Source of the DNA: a candidate division FCPU426 bacterium | Lineage (GTDB): Bacteria; Oederibacteriota; Muellerivitia; Muellerivitales; Muellerivitaceae | Direction: 5' to 3' | NCBI GenBank assembly: GCA_963738405.1 | Contig: CAVTWJ010000014.1 | Span: 215,151-279,150, forward strand | DNA: 64,000 bases | In this document: in pieces, positions 19,152-28,174 of the stretch | Layout of the letters: every line of letters begins with the position of its first letter | Position numbering within the stretch: the first letter of the stretch is position 1 | Program-made: the position numbers and the translations under genes | Notes under the pieces: model-generated | Databases searched by the model: none | What the model saw: the letters and a program-made list of their open reading frames with translations, nothing else | Told to the model about the DNA's origin: nothing

Positions 19152-19967
19152 CTAGTTTAGTGTAGTTGTTCCCTCAAACTCCACCGGACTTTTGTAGCCC
19201 AAGGTGGAATGCAATCTCTTCCGGTTGTAAAAAATCTCTATATATTCAAACAACTTAGCTTTCGCCTCTTCCTTCGTGTTGAACCGCACGGTTCTCACCA
19301 ACTCTGCTTTCAAGGTTTTGAAGAAGCTTTCGACCACCGCGTTGTCGTAGCAACTTCCCCTTTGGTTCATCGAGCTTTGGATCCGATGCTCTTTCAGTTC
19401 ATTAATAAAAGCTCTCGAAGAATACTGACTGCCTTGATCCGAATGATGAATCTTCGGCGTTTGATCACCTCTTTCTTGAATCGCCATCTTCAAGGCATCG
19501 ATGGCCAATTCCTCCCGCAGATGGGGTTGCATTGACCAACCAATGATTCGCCGAGAAAAAAGATCCATCACGACCGCCAGGTACAACCAACCAGCCCCTG
19601 TACGAAACTGGGTAATATCAGATGCCCAGATTCTATTGGGCTTCTTAATATCGAACTTTTGTTTCACCAGGTTCTTGGTTCTTATCCTCCCATGATTCGT
19701 CAACGTGCAACGTCGGTAGTAGTACTGCCTCAAGGCCCGAATTCCAGCCATTTTCATCAATCTAGCGATTCGATTGCGCCCCCAACCAAAACCTTCTTTC
19801 TTCAGCCCCGCGTGAATTCTCGGGGATCCATACGCCTTTCTCGATATCAAATAGACTTCTCGAATTTCCTGTAAAACCAATATGTTTTCTTTGTCTCTCT
19901 TCGACGGTTCTCGATTCAACCATGCGTAATAGCCACTACGAGAGACCCCAAGAACACGACACAACAT
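19152..19967 (-). CDS. IS3 transposase OrfB (DDE)
   Basis: WASDIT, HHSDQGSQY, DNAVVESFFKTLKAE, YNRKRLHS. Confidence 0.93.
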   Translation of the reverse strand: MLCRVLGVSRSGYYAWLNREPSKRDKENILVLQEIREVYLISRKAYGSPRIHAGLKKEGFGWGRNRIARLMKMAGIRALRQYYYRRCTLTNHGRIRTKNLVKQKFDIKKPNRIWASDITQFRTGAGWLYLAVVMDLFSRRIIGWSMQPHLREELAIDALKMAIQERGDQTPKIHHSDQGSQYSSRAFINELKEHRIQSSMNQRGSCYDNAVVESFFKTLKAELVRTVRFNTKEEAKAKLFEYIEIFYNRKRLHSTLGYKSPVEFEGTTTLN

Positions 19968-19969
19968 CG

Positions 19970-20329
19970 TTATGGAGTATTGGGTTTGTTGTTCTCGGAT
20001 GCATTCGAATTTTTGGCTTCTTCGGCCGCGAAGAAGACTAGAGTTTTTTTTAGTATGTCGCGCTCATCCGTGAGCCGTTTGACTTCCTTGCGCAGACGGA
20101 TGATCTCAGCATTTTCGGGGCTTTTGACACTCCGGCCAGGCTTTCCCGGAAAAGCTTTGGAACCTTCTTTATGGATTTCATCACGCCAACGGTAAAGAAA
20201 AGCGGGATTGATATTCAGATCGCGGGCCACTTGAGTAACTGGCTTACCCGACTCATTCGAGAGTCGAACCGCTTCCAGCTTAAACTCAAGGCTATATTTC
20301 CTATTGATTCGATGCGCCATGACAGACAC
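19970..20329 (-). CDS. IS3 transposase OrfA (HTH)
   Basis: YSLEFKLEAV, VARDLNI, ERDILKK. Confidence 0.9.
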   Translation of the reverse strand: MSVMAHRINRKYSLEFKLEAVRLSNESGKPVTQVARDLNINPAFLYRWRDEIHKEGSKAFPGKPGRSVKSPENAEIIRLRKEVKRLTDERDILKKTLVFFAAEEAKNSNASENNKPNTP

Positions 20330-20419
20330 CCCCGTAAGCTGTATTCTACACTCATCTCAGGTGTCCATTTTTTCGGGGGAAGTCCAGCCTGACCCCTTTT
20401 TCATTTTTTCTTTCCTGAA

Positions 20420-21742
20420 TTATTTGGGAGTGGTTGTTATTTGAAAATATTCATCATCAAATGTTTTACCCATAATCGAATGCGAATCATCGTCCCAACT
20501 TGCGCCGTTAATAGTTTTAGGGAAATGCAATATTTGTTTAATTTTCAAATCTTCGCCAATTCTCATTAACATCGCTTGACCAGATCGATCCTTAATATCA
20601 TGAGAATTGAATTGATCGATGACCAGCCAAACATCGGGAGAATCTTTTGGTGTAACTGCATAATAGATACCGCATGATTTACCATTTATAGGCGGAGGTA
20701 AAAATCTCTTATTCGATTCAGCGGAATAAAATTTTTTAACTGTTTTCAGCGTAGATAAGCTGATAATTTTCGTAGTGACATCTTCCGAATAATGAAATGG
20801 ATCTTTTTTACTTGAGAGCTTCGTTTGAGCCAAAGAACCTTCGACTAAATCGGAACAATTATCACCATTGATACCATATGATTTGGTTATTCCTGTGATG
20901 GTATTCACCAAATAACAAATTCCACGATTACAGCCAATAATTGTTCCAGTACTATTTATAATAGGTGTACCAGATCCGATTTCAGGATATTTTTGTTTTA
21001 TCGAAAATCCCGGCAGATTATATAAAACCATTTCATTAGCTTCTTGATGCAACATAGTATTGCCATCTAATGATTCAAAAACATCATCAGTACCCCACAC
21101 CATATCTTTATCTATATTAATAATTTGAATCGGATTTTCTAAATCAACAATTCCTTGTTGCCTTTTTTTAAGGACAATCGCAAAACGTCCCTGTCCAAGA
21201 AATTTAGAAAATATCCACCCATTACTTAAAGTAATCTTTTTCATCTCAGGGATTTTATAGATGCCGTTAAACGAAACAGCCGCACTGCTCTCTGAAGGTC
21301 CTCTCACATTAAGGTAATTACCATTTTTGGATATTTCTAATCCATTTTCTAAAGAAGCTTGAAAGATAATCCTATTAGACTTTCCGTCATAAAGAATGTT
21401 ATCGGCTAACCAATAATTTCCAGAATCATCAGAACTCAAATTAGGATAATTCCCGTTTTTAACGTTTTTTTGAATTAGACTGTTTAATCTATTAAACTTC
21501 CACGGCTTAGAATTCTCACGCAACGGAAGAGATTTATCTCTTCGAAATTTATTGCAAATTTCCTCATCGATAGAAATTATGGTGGAGGACGGGATCTCTT
21601 CTATTGAAGAGGCTTTTATGTCTTCATCCTGTCCAAAAGTCGCGGAAGTAGGAATGGGCGTTTGAGAATAAACAGGTGTTATTAATAAGGAAATTAAACT
21701 AATAAGAGGGACGCAACCGGATAATTTTCTCAAGTTAAACAC
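20420..21742 (-). CDS. AT-rich hypothetical exported protein, possibly beta-propeller-like
   Basis: 440-aa ORF with a signal-peptide-like N-terminus and beta-strand-rich segments (ISKNGNYL, SLDGNTML, SWDDDSHS); much lower GC than the flanks. Confidence 0.6.
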   Translation of the reverse strand: MFNLRKLSGCVPLISLISLLITPVYSQTPIPTSATFGQDEDIKASSIEEIPSSTIISIDEEICNKFRRDKSLPLRENSKPWKFNRLNSLIQKNVKNGNYPNLSSDDSGNYWLADNILYDGKSNRIIFQASLENGLEISKNGNYLNVRGPSESSAAVSFNGIYKIPEMKKITLSNGWIFSKFLGQGRFAIVLKKRQQGIVDLENPIQIINIDKDMVWGTDDVFESLDGNTMLHQEANEMVLYNLPGFSIKQKYPEIGSGTPIINSTGTIIGCNRGICYLVNTITGITKSYGINGDNCSDLVEGSLAQTKLSSKKDPFHYSEDVTTKIISLSTLKTVKKFYSAESNKRFLPPPINGKSCGIYYAVTPKDSPDVWLVIDQFNSHDIKDRSGQAMLMRIGEDLKIKQILHFPKTINGASWDDDSHSIMGKTFDDEYFQITTTPK

Positions 21743-22082
21743 TTTTCATATTCTCCGTCACATTTAACTTACTGAGTAACTGTTTCCTTTTTCATCACAA
21801 ACGGAGAATCAGCAGTTCGTGTTAAAGATAAACAAATCATGATCAATATTTACATTATTCATTCTGACCTGCCCCAATTCTTTGTACCACTTCCTATCTC
21901 ACACCATAGGCCCAGTTTGTTGAACCCATTAGTGGAATAGGTTTCATCTTGGGTTCTAAAATCCAAGTTTCTGGTGCTGGTGGCAGTTGGCCCAACGAAC
22001 TGTGCGGAGAACAAAGGGGCCAAGCTGGACTTCCCCCGAAAAAATGGACACCTGAGATGAGTGTAGAATACAGCTTACGGGG

Positions 22083-22442
22083 GTGTCTGTCATGGCGCAT
22101 CGAATCAATAGGAAATATAGCCTTGAGTTTAAGCTGGAAGCGGTTCGACTCTCGAATGAGTCGGGTAAGCCAGTTACTCAAGTGGCCCGCGATCTGAATA
22201 TCAATCCCGCTTTTCTTTACCGTTGGCGTGATGAAATCCATAAAGAAGGTTCCAAAGCTTTTCCGGGAAAGCCTGGCCGGAGTGTCAAAAGCCCCGAAAA
22301 TGCTGAGATCATCCGTCTGCGCAAGGAAGTCAAACGGCTCACGGATGAGCGCGACATACTAAAAAAAACTCTAGTCTTCTTCGCGGCCGAAGAAGCCAAA
22401 AATTCGAATGCATCCGAGAACAACAAACCCAATACTCCATAA
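22083..22442 (+). CDS. IS3 transposase OrfA
   Basis: Identical translation to copy 1; the A8 run at 22361-22368 is a plausible -1 frameshift site into the OrfB frame. Confidence 0.9.
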   Translation: MSVMAHRINRKYSLEFKLEAVRLSNESGKPVTQVARDLNINPAFLYRWRDEIHKEGSKAFPGKPGRSVKSPENAEIIRLRKEVKRLTDERDILKKTLVFFAAEEAKNSNASENNKPNTP

Positions 22443-22444
22443 CG

Positions 22445-23260
22445 ATGTTGTGTCGTGTTCTTGGGGTCTCTCGTAGTGGCTATTACGCATGGTTGAATCG
22501 AGAACCGTCGAAGAGAGACAAAGAAAACATATTGGTTTTACAGGAAATTCGAGAAGTCTATTTGATATCGAGAAAGGCGTATGGATCCCCGAGAATTCAC
22601 GCGGGGCTGAAGAAAGAAGGTTTTGGTTGGGGGCGCAATCGAATCGCTAGATTGATGAAAATGGCTGGAATTCGGGCCTTGAGGCAGTACTACTACCGAC
22701 GTTGCACGTTGACGAATCATGGGAGGATAAGAACCAAGAACCTGGTGAAACAAAAGTTCGATATTAAGAAGCCCAATAGAATCTGGGCATCTGATATTAC
22801 CCAGTTTCGTACAGGGGCTGGTTGGTTGTACCTGGCGGTCGTGATGGATCTTTTTTCTCGGCGAATCATTGGTTGGTCAATGCAACCCCATCTGCGGGAG
22901 GAATTGGCCATCGATGCCTTGAAGATGGCGATTCAAGAAAGAGGTGATCAAACGCCGAAGATTCATCATTCGGATCAAGGCAGTCAGTATTCTTCGAGAG
23001 CTTTTATTAATGAACTGAAAGAGCATCGGATCCAAAGCTCGATGAACCAAAGGGGAAGTTGCTACGACAACGCGGTGGTCGAAAGCTTCTTCAAAACCTT
23101 GAAAGCAGAGTTGGTGAGAACCGTGCGGTTCAACACGAAGGAAGAGGCGAAAGCTAAGTTGTTTGAATATATAGAGATTTTTTACAACCGGAAGAGATTG
23201 CATTCCACCTTGGGCTACAAAAGTCCGGTGGAGTTTGAGGGAACAACTACACTAAACTAG
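22445..23260 (+). CDS. IS3 transposase OrfB
   Basis: Identical translation to copy 1. Confidence 0.93.
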   Translation: MLCRVLGVSRSGYYAWLNREPSKRDKENILVLQEIREVYLISRKAYGSPRIHAGLKKEGFGWGRNRIARLMKMAGIRALRQYYYRRCTLTNHGRIRTKNLVKQKFDIKKPNRIWASDITQFRTGAGWLYLAVVMDLFSRRIIGWSMQPHLREELAIDALKMAIQERGDQTPKIHHSDQGSQYSSRAFINELKEHRIQSSMNQRGSCYDNAVVESFFKTLKAELVRTVRFNTKEEAKAKLFEYIEIFYNRKRLHSTLGYKSPVEFEGTTTLN

Positions 23261-23675
23261 ATTGTCCACTAAATCGGGGGAAGTCCAAGCCTACATTTTA
23301 CACCTTAGAAGCCTCTTGGCGAATGTCCGGTCTTTGGCCGTGATCCGATAAAGAAGCAAGGTGCCTGGCCTACATTCAAAACTTTAGGTTTTATCCCCGC
23401 CCCTCAATTCGTGCACAAATGCCTTCATTGGCATTTGCATAACCAAACCTTACCCAATAACTTGCGGTTATTGGGTAGATACTCTCGAAACCTTACAAAC
23501 CTCCGGTCCCTTCAGGCCCTAGCGCACATCCACAATCACCGTCACGGGCACGGTGGAAACCACCTCCCCCTGGTAATGCAGGTCACTCTGGGTGATCAAC
23601 AACTCTTTTACGGAACTTTCACCCCAATGTTTTGTATGACATTGGGGTAGTCAAGACAAGTGCCGTAGCTGGTGG

Positions 23676-25691
23676 CTACGGCACAGCCAACTCCAACTTC
23701 GCCCTTTTCGGGTTGAAGACCCAAGTTCTGTTTCTGGGGCCCGCCATTCCCTTCACCCATTCGCCCGGGTCCACCACATACAGCGCGTGCTGGCCCGGCG
23801 GCAGGCTTTGAAGTTTCGAGAGCAATTCCTCGTTGCCCATGCGCGTGCCGGGGTTGGAATCCACGGACCAAATATGGTCGCCCGGCTTAAGACCCGCTTT
23901 CGCGATGGGGCTGTCATCCCAAGTGCCTGTTACTTCGCCTTCACTGCCTATCAAAAGGCCCTGGTACAGGCATGGCAAAGCGCCAATCGGCGCGTTTTTT
24001 CCCCCTTGGGCGTTTCGCACCCAAAATTCCGCACCCGAAACCAGATGCACTAAATCATCTTCGCTATTGCACTGCACGGCGAAGGGCTTTTTAAAATCCG
24101 CAAACTGCATGGAGAATTGATAAAAGGTGCGGGGGTGGTCCCCCAGCACATCGACCTCACAACAATGGATGGCCCGCACGTCTTCCCAATAAAAGGCCAT
24201 TCCCTTCTTTGAGCTATCACCCAAGACGGGGTTGATATCCCCAAACGAAAAGCCGCCCTGGATCTCCAAGGTGAACTGGGAGCCATTTACCACCGCCGAG
24301 GTAATCTTTTTTTCATCGGGGCCCAACCAAAACGAATATTTTTCCGGGTCTTGGATATCCATGAAGCGGCGGCCCGCCATTTCGGCGCCCATATTTGCGT
24401 CGGGTTCGAGGGAATAGGCCTTCACCCGGCAGGGCCTGGGCAGGGCGGCTATTTCCGTTTCCAAAGAGGCCTTATCTTCCTTGGGCATAACCATTTCAGG
24501 AGCAGGTTGTGTAGCGGACACCTGTGCGGCCTCATGTTTTGGGACGGAAAATTTGTTTTGTGAGTGAGGGTGCGCCTGGTTTTTTGTAGTTATGGGGCTT
24601 TGGATTTTGCTTTTATCAAAAACTTGGTCGTTCTTAGTGTCTTGGTGACTTGGTGGTGAGAATTGGTTTATCAAAGGTGTGAGATGGTCCATTATCCAAT
24701 CTCTAAAAAACCATCCCGCCCCCAAAACCGCCGCGACGATAAGAGTGGCAACCAACCCCGTTCGGAATTCCTTGTGAATCCCCCAGACCAATGCCGCGCC
24801 CAACGCAATGACCACCCAGGGCTTGGCGAAGGCCTGGGCCAAAAGCCACATGAGCGATTGAACCAAAAGGTGAATCAGATAAACCCAACCTGCGTCGATC
24901 CAGTGACCGACAAAGGGAACAAAGTGCCCCACAAAGCTGAAAGCACTGCCATAGGTGAACAGGATGATGAACCAGTAGAGCCCCCAATGGCCCGCGAACC
25001 TAAAGGGATCGGGTAGGGAGGAAGTGCCGCCCCGCTTGCGGCTGGATCGAGAGTGGAGAGGCACGAAATAATTGGCCGTGGTCTTGCTGGCTGCCTTGAC
25101 GTATTCGTGAACAAACTTCGCCCCTTCCTTAAGAAGGGCCTTTACCCCCTTTCCTGCCGCCTGGGCGGCGCGGCCTTTGCCCCGTGGCTTCCGGGCCTTA
25201 GGCATACCCTGGCTTCCTTGATCCGGGGTTTCATCTAAACCTTCGTCTTCGCTTTCGGGACCAGGGGTTAGGTCTTCCTGCGTCTTAGGTTTGACTTTGG
25301 GGTCAAAATCCTTGGCGGGCTTCCCCGCCACGACCCATTCCACCAGGGCTTTGATATGGCTGGTCTTATAGTGTCGGACCAAAACCTCGTCCAGGGTCTC
25401 ATGAAAGGCGGAAGGGAGATCCTTGACCTTTCCCTCAAGACCCGTCAGGGCCAAGGCGCTGTTTAAAGAGAGGTCAAAAGAGGGGATGACTTCCGCCGCT
25501 TGGCGCACCTTTTCCCTGGCCGGGGGGTCAAAAAGGTCATTCAGGGCCGAAAAGTTGGCGATCATGCCGGTGCTGGTATTTAAGGCTTTTGCCAGGCCGG
25601 GGTATTTGAGGGAGGGGTTCTTTTCCCTTTCAGCGGTTAAGGCGGAAAGGCTGTCCAGCCAACTTCTTGATTTGGGCTTATATTTGGCCAA
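23676..25691 (-). CDS. Membrane protein: N-terminal ParB/Spo0J-like HTH, 3-4 TM helices, extracytoplasmic domain, C-terminal PDZ
   Basis: 671 aa, TTG start after AGGAGG; HTH-like LAKALNTSTGMIANFSAL...LSLNSALAL; hydrophobic block at ~aa 235-330; PDZ signature DSPIAKAGLKPGDHIWSVD. Confidence 0.65.
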   Translation of the reverse strand: MAKYKPKSRSWLDSLSALTAEREKNPSLKYPGLAKALNTSTGMIANFSALNDLFDPPAREKVRQAAEVIPSFDLSLNSALALTGLEGKVKDLPSAFHETLDEVLVRHYKTSHIKALVEWVVAGKPAKDFDPKVKPKTQEDLTPGPESEDEGLDETPDQGSQGMPKARKPRGKGRAAQAAGKGVKALLKEGAKFVHEYVKAASKTTANYFVPLHSRSSRKRGGTSSLPDPFRFAGHWGLYWFIILFTYGSAFSFVGHFVPFVGHWIDAGWVYLIHLLVQSLMWLLAQAFAKPWVVIALGAALVWGIHKEFRTGLVATLIVAAVLGAGWFFRDWIMDHLTPLINQFSPPSHQDTKNDQVFDKSKIQSPITTKNQAHPHSQNKFSVPKHEAAQVSATQPAPEMVMPKEDKASLETEIAALPRPCRVKAYSLEPDANMGAEMAGRRFMDIQDPEKYSFWLGPDEKKITSAVVNGSQFTLEIQGGFSFGDINPVLGDSSKKGMAFYWEDVRAIHCCEVDVLGDHPRTFYQFSMQFADFKKPFAVQCNSEDDLVHLVSGAEFWVRNAQGGKNAPIGALPCLYQGLLIGSEGEVTGTWDDSPIAKAGLKPGDHIWSVDSNPGTRMGNEELLSKLQSLPPGQHALYVVDPGEWVKGMAGPRNRTWVFNPKRAKLELAVP

Positions 25692-25766
25692 GTCGTCCTC
25701 CTATGCGGTCGAGAAGGGGGTCTTGTACATCTATTGGGGCTTATTTTATTTAAACGAACCCCGGCC

Positions 25767-25948
25767 GTTCAACGAAAAATTGCGGGCGTTCAATGGAAAC
25801 GGGGCTGTCGTTCAACGGAAATAGTTCCCCGTTCAATGGAAATGCTTAGTCTGTTCAACGGAAATAGTTCCCCGTTCAATGGAAATTTCGGCCCGTTCAA
25901 TGGAAAAACGGTCATGTTCAATGGAAATGCCGTCCCCTTCACCGGAAA
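25767..25948. repeat. Phased direct-repeat array: 9 x GTTCAAYGGAAA core, 21-22 bp period, variable 9-10 nt spacers
   Basis: Cores start at 25767, 25788, 25810, 25831, 25853, 25874, 25895, 25916, 25937; the first and last are degenerate. Confidence 0.9.
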
Positions 25949-26060
25949 CGGGGGCTTTACCGTAGGTTGAGGCACCCCCTTTAATCTTTATATTCCAAGA
26001 GGCTGAAACTTGGCTCAAAACCGGGTATCTTCCACTCAATTCAGGAAAGAAAGGGTGCCC

Positions 26061-26627
26061 GTGAAAAAGCCACTCAAACGCTGCCCCTGGCCCGGTGACG
26101 ATGCCCTTATGACCGCCTACCATGATAAGGAATGGGGAAAGCCCATCCATGATGACCGGAAGATCTTTGAATTCCTGGTGCTGGAGGCCTTCCAGGCCGG
26201 GCTATCCTGGCGGACTATTCTTTATAAACGTGAGAATTTCCGAAAGGCCTTCAAGGGCTTCGACTTCAAAAAAATAGCCCGTTTCGGGGCCAAGGACCGG
26301 GCGAGGTTGATGAAAGACGCGGGCATTGTGCGCAACCGCGCCAAGATCAAGGCGGCCATCGTGAACGCCCAGCTCTTTATGGAAGTTCAAAAGGAATTCG
26401 GAACCTTTTCCCGCTATATGTGGAGCTGGGTGAAGGGCAAACCCATGGTCCACCGCTTCAAGAGCCTGAAGGATTACCCGGCGGTCACGCCAGAGGCTGA
26501 GGCCTGGGCCAAGGACTTGAAAATGCGCGGGTTCAAGTTTCTCGGGCCCACGGTTCTATACGCCCACATGCAGGCATCCGGAATGGTGAACGACCACACG
26601 GTGGATTGTTTCCGCCACCGCTCTTAA
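26061..26627 (+). CDS. tag: DNA-3-methyladenine glycosylase I
   Basis: RCPW, YHDKEWG, LEAFQAGLSW, IVRNRAKI, GFKFLGPT, GMVNDHTVDC. Confidence 0.93.
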   Translation: MKKPLKRCPWPGDDALMTAYHDKEWGKPIHDDRKIFEFLVLEAFQAGLSWRTILYKRENFRKAFKGFDFKKIARFGAKDRARLMKDAGIVRNRAKIKAAIVNAQLFMEVQKEFGTFSRYMWSWVKGKPMVHRFKSLKDYPAVTPEAEAWAKDLKMRGFKFLGPTVLYAHMQASGMVNDHTVDCFRHRS

Positions 26628-26650
26628 TAAACTAGGGCACCGCTAATAAT

Positions 26651-26679
26651 TCACCACCAAGACTCCAAGACACCAAGAA
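26651..26679. repeat. Half copy of a CACCAAGACACAAAGACACCAAG-type REP-like repeat
   Basis: TCACCACCAAGACTCCAAGACACCAAGAA; related to the copies at 29084 and 33663. Confidence 0.65.
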
Positions 26680-26824
26680 AAGCCAATTTGTGGATGCCTG
26701 CAAAACCCCAAAAGCGATTTTAGAGGTCCCTATCGGCAAGTACCCGCCCGTTTTGAAGAACTTTTGGGACGCCTATAAATTTAACCAAAAAAATTCAAAC
26801 CACCTCTTGATATTTTTCTTCCGC

Positions 26825-26856
26825 TCCTGTATTTAACCAATTAGTTAAATACAGGA
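26825..26856. promoter_or_regulatory. ArsR-family operator palindrome
   Basis: TCCTGTATTTAAC-caatta-GTTAAATACAGGA immediately upstream of the arsR-like gene. Confidence 0.75.
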
Positions 26857-26865
26857 AGGAAAAAC

Positions 26866-27219
26866 ATGCCCGTCGATCAACTAAGCGGAACATTCCAAGC
26901 CCTGGCCGACCCCACCCGGCGCGCCCTCATGGCCCGCCTGACGGAGGGGGAGGCCTCGGTACAGGAACTGGCCAAACCCTTCAAGATGAGCCTGCCGGCC
27001 ATTTCCAAGCACTTGAAAGTTTTGGAAAAAAGCGGGCTCATCATCCGCCGCAGCCAGGCCCAGCAGAGGCTTTGCAAACTGCAAACCCAGCCCATCAAGG
27101 ACGCCGTGGATTGGCTGGAGCACCACCGCAAACTCTGGGAAGACAGGTTGGACCGTTTGGACGATTACCTGAAGGAATTACAGCAAAAGGAGAAAGAAAA
27201 TGACCGCCACAAAAAATAA
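26866..27219 (+). CDS. ArsR/SmtB family transcriptional regulator
   Basis: FQALADPTRR, SLPAISKHLKVLE. Confidence 0.92.
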   Translation: MPVDQLSGTFQALADPTRRALMARLTEGEASVQELAKPFKMSLPAISKHLKVLEKSGLIIRRSQAQQRLCKLQTQPIKDAVDWLEHHRKLWEDRLDRLDDYLKELQQKEKENDRHKK

Positions 27220-28174
27220 TTCGAATGAAATAAAGCTCACCCGCGTCTACGACGCCCCCGTGAAGACGGTATGGGCCGCCTGGAACGAACCCGCCCAAGC
27301 CGCCCAATGGTGGGGCCCCCGCGGTTTCACCATCACCACTCACAGCAAGGATCTGCGTCCGGGCGGCATGTGGCATTACACTATGCACGGGCCCGAAGGC
27401 GTGGACTACGTCAACAAGACCCAATACCTGGAGGTCGAGGAATATTCCAAGCTCGTCTATGACCACGGCGGGAACGATGAACAAAAACCCCTGTTCCGGG
27501 TCACTGTCCTCTTCAAGGAAGTCGACGGCAAGACCCGCATGGACATGACCATGGCCCATTCCACTCCGGAAGCGGCGGAGCAGAGCCGGCAGATCATCAA
27601 GAAAGCTAGCGGCAATTCGACTTGGGACCGTTTGGCCGAGTACCTGGAAAAGGAGACGAAGAAAAAGGAACTCTTCTTCATCAACCGTTCCTTCCAAGTT
27701 CCATTGGAAAAAATGTTCGAGATCTGGACGACCCCGGAACACATGGCCCGCTGGGTCGTGCCGACGGGCTTTACCATGAAGTTCATCCAGGCGGACATCC
27801 GGCCTGGAGGCGAGAGTTTTTATTCCATGACCGACGCCAGCGGCAAGATGACCATGTACGGGAAAGCCCGGTACTTGGAGATCGCCAAGCCCCACCGCAT
27901 CGTCTATACCCAGCAGTTCGCGGACGAAAAGGGCCAGACGGCGCGCCACCCCATGAGCCCCACCTGGCCCGAGACCATGCTGACCACGGTGGTCCTGACC
28001 GCGGAGGGACCGGATCAGACCCGCGTGACCCTCACCTGGGAACTCACGGACCAGGCGACGGCCGTGGAACTGGAAACCTTTATCAAGGCTCGAAGCGGCA
28101 TGGCCCAGGGCTGGACCGGCTCCTTCGACAAACTGGACGATTATCTTTTGGAACATCAAGGAGCGAAAAAATGA
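27200..28174 (+). CDS. Tandem SRPBCC (AHSA1-like) domain protein
   Basis: Two domains: RVYDAP..WWGPRGF..DLRPGG and RSFQVP..DIRPGG..GWTGSFDKL. Confidence 0.88.
   Translation: MTATKNNSNEIKLTRVYDAPVKTVWAAWNEPAQAAQWWGPRGFTITTHSKDLRPGGMWHYTMHGPEGVDYVNKTQYLEVEEYSKLVYDHGGNDEQKPLFRVTVLFKEVDGKTRMDMTMAHSTPEAAEQSRQIIKKASGNSTWDRLAEYLEKETKKKELFFINRSFQVPLEKMFEIWTTPEHMARWVVPTGFTMKFIQADIRPGGESFYSMTDASGKMTMYGKARYLEIAKPHRIVYTQQFADEKGQTARHPMSPTWPETMLTTVVLTAEGPDQTRVTLTWELTDQATAVELETFIKARSGMAQGWTGSFDKLDDYLLEHQGAKK

Larger units (their letters stand above)
19125..20386 (-). mobile_element. IS3-family insertion sequence, copy 1 (1262 bp)
   Basis: TG...CA ends, terminal IR TGGACTTCCCCCGA, 3-bp target duplication GCC/GCC. 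Confidence 0.95.
22026..23287 (+). mobile_element. IS3-family insertion sequence, copy 2 (1262 bp)
   Basis: Same element in opposite orientation with identical ORF translations; target duplication AGC/AGC. Confidence 0.95.

Noticed and set aside
19125..23287. Composite transposon that arrived as one unit
   Set aside because: The outer flanks differ (GCC versus AGC) while each IS has its own duplication
25767..25948. CRISPR or TIGR array
   Set aside because: Repeat (12 nt) and spacers (9-10 nt) are too short for CRISPR and there are no cas genes; there is no alternating edge/loop repeat or recognisable Nop-domain gene as expected for TIGR-Tas
25734..26150. ORFs with 7-aa repeats (FNGN../PLNG../IER..) across the repeat array
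   Set aside because: Two 22-bp steps shift the repeat between frames; there is no convincing RBS; all are by-products of the DNA repeat
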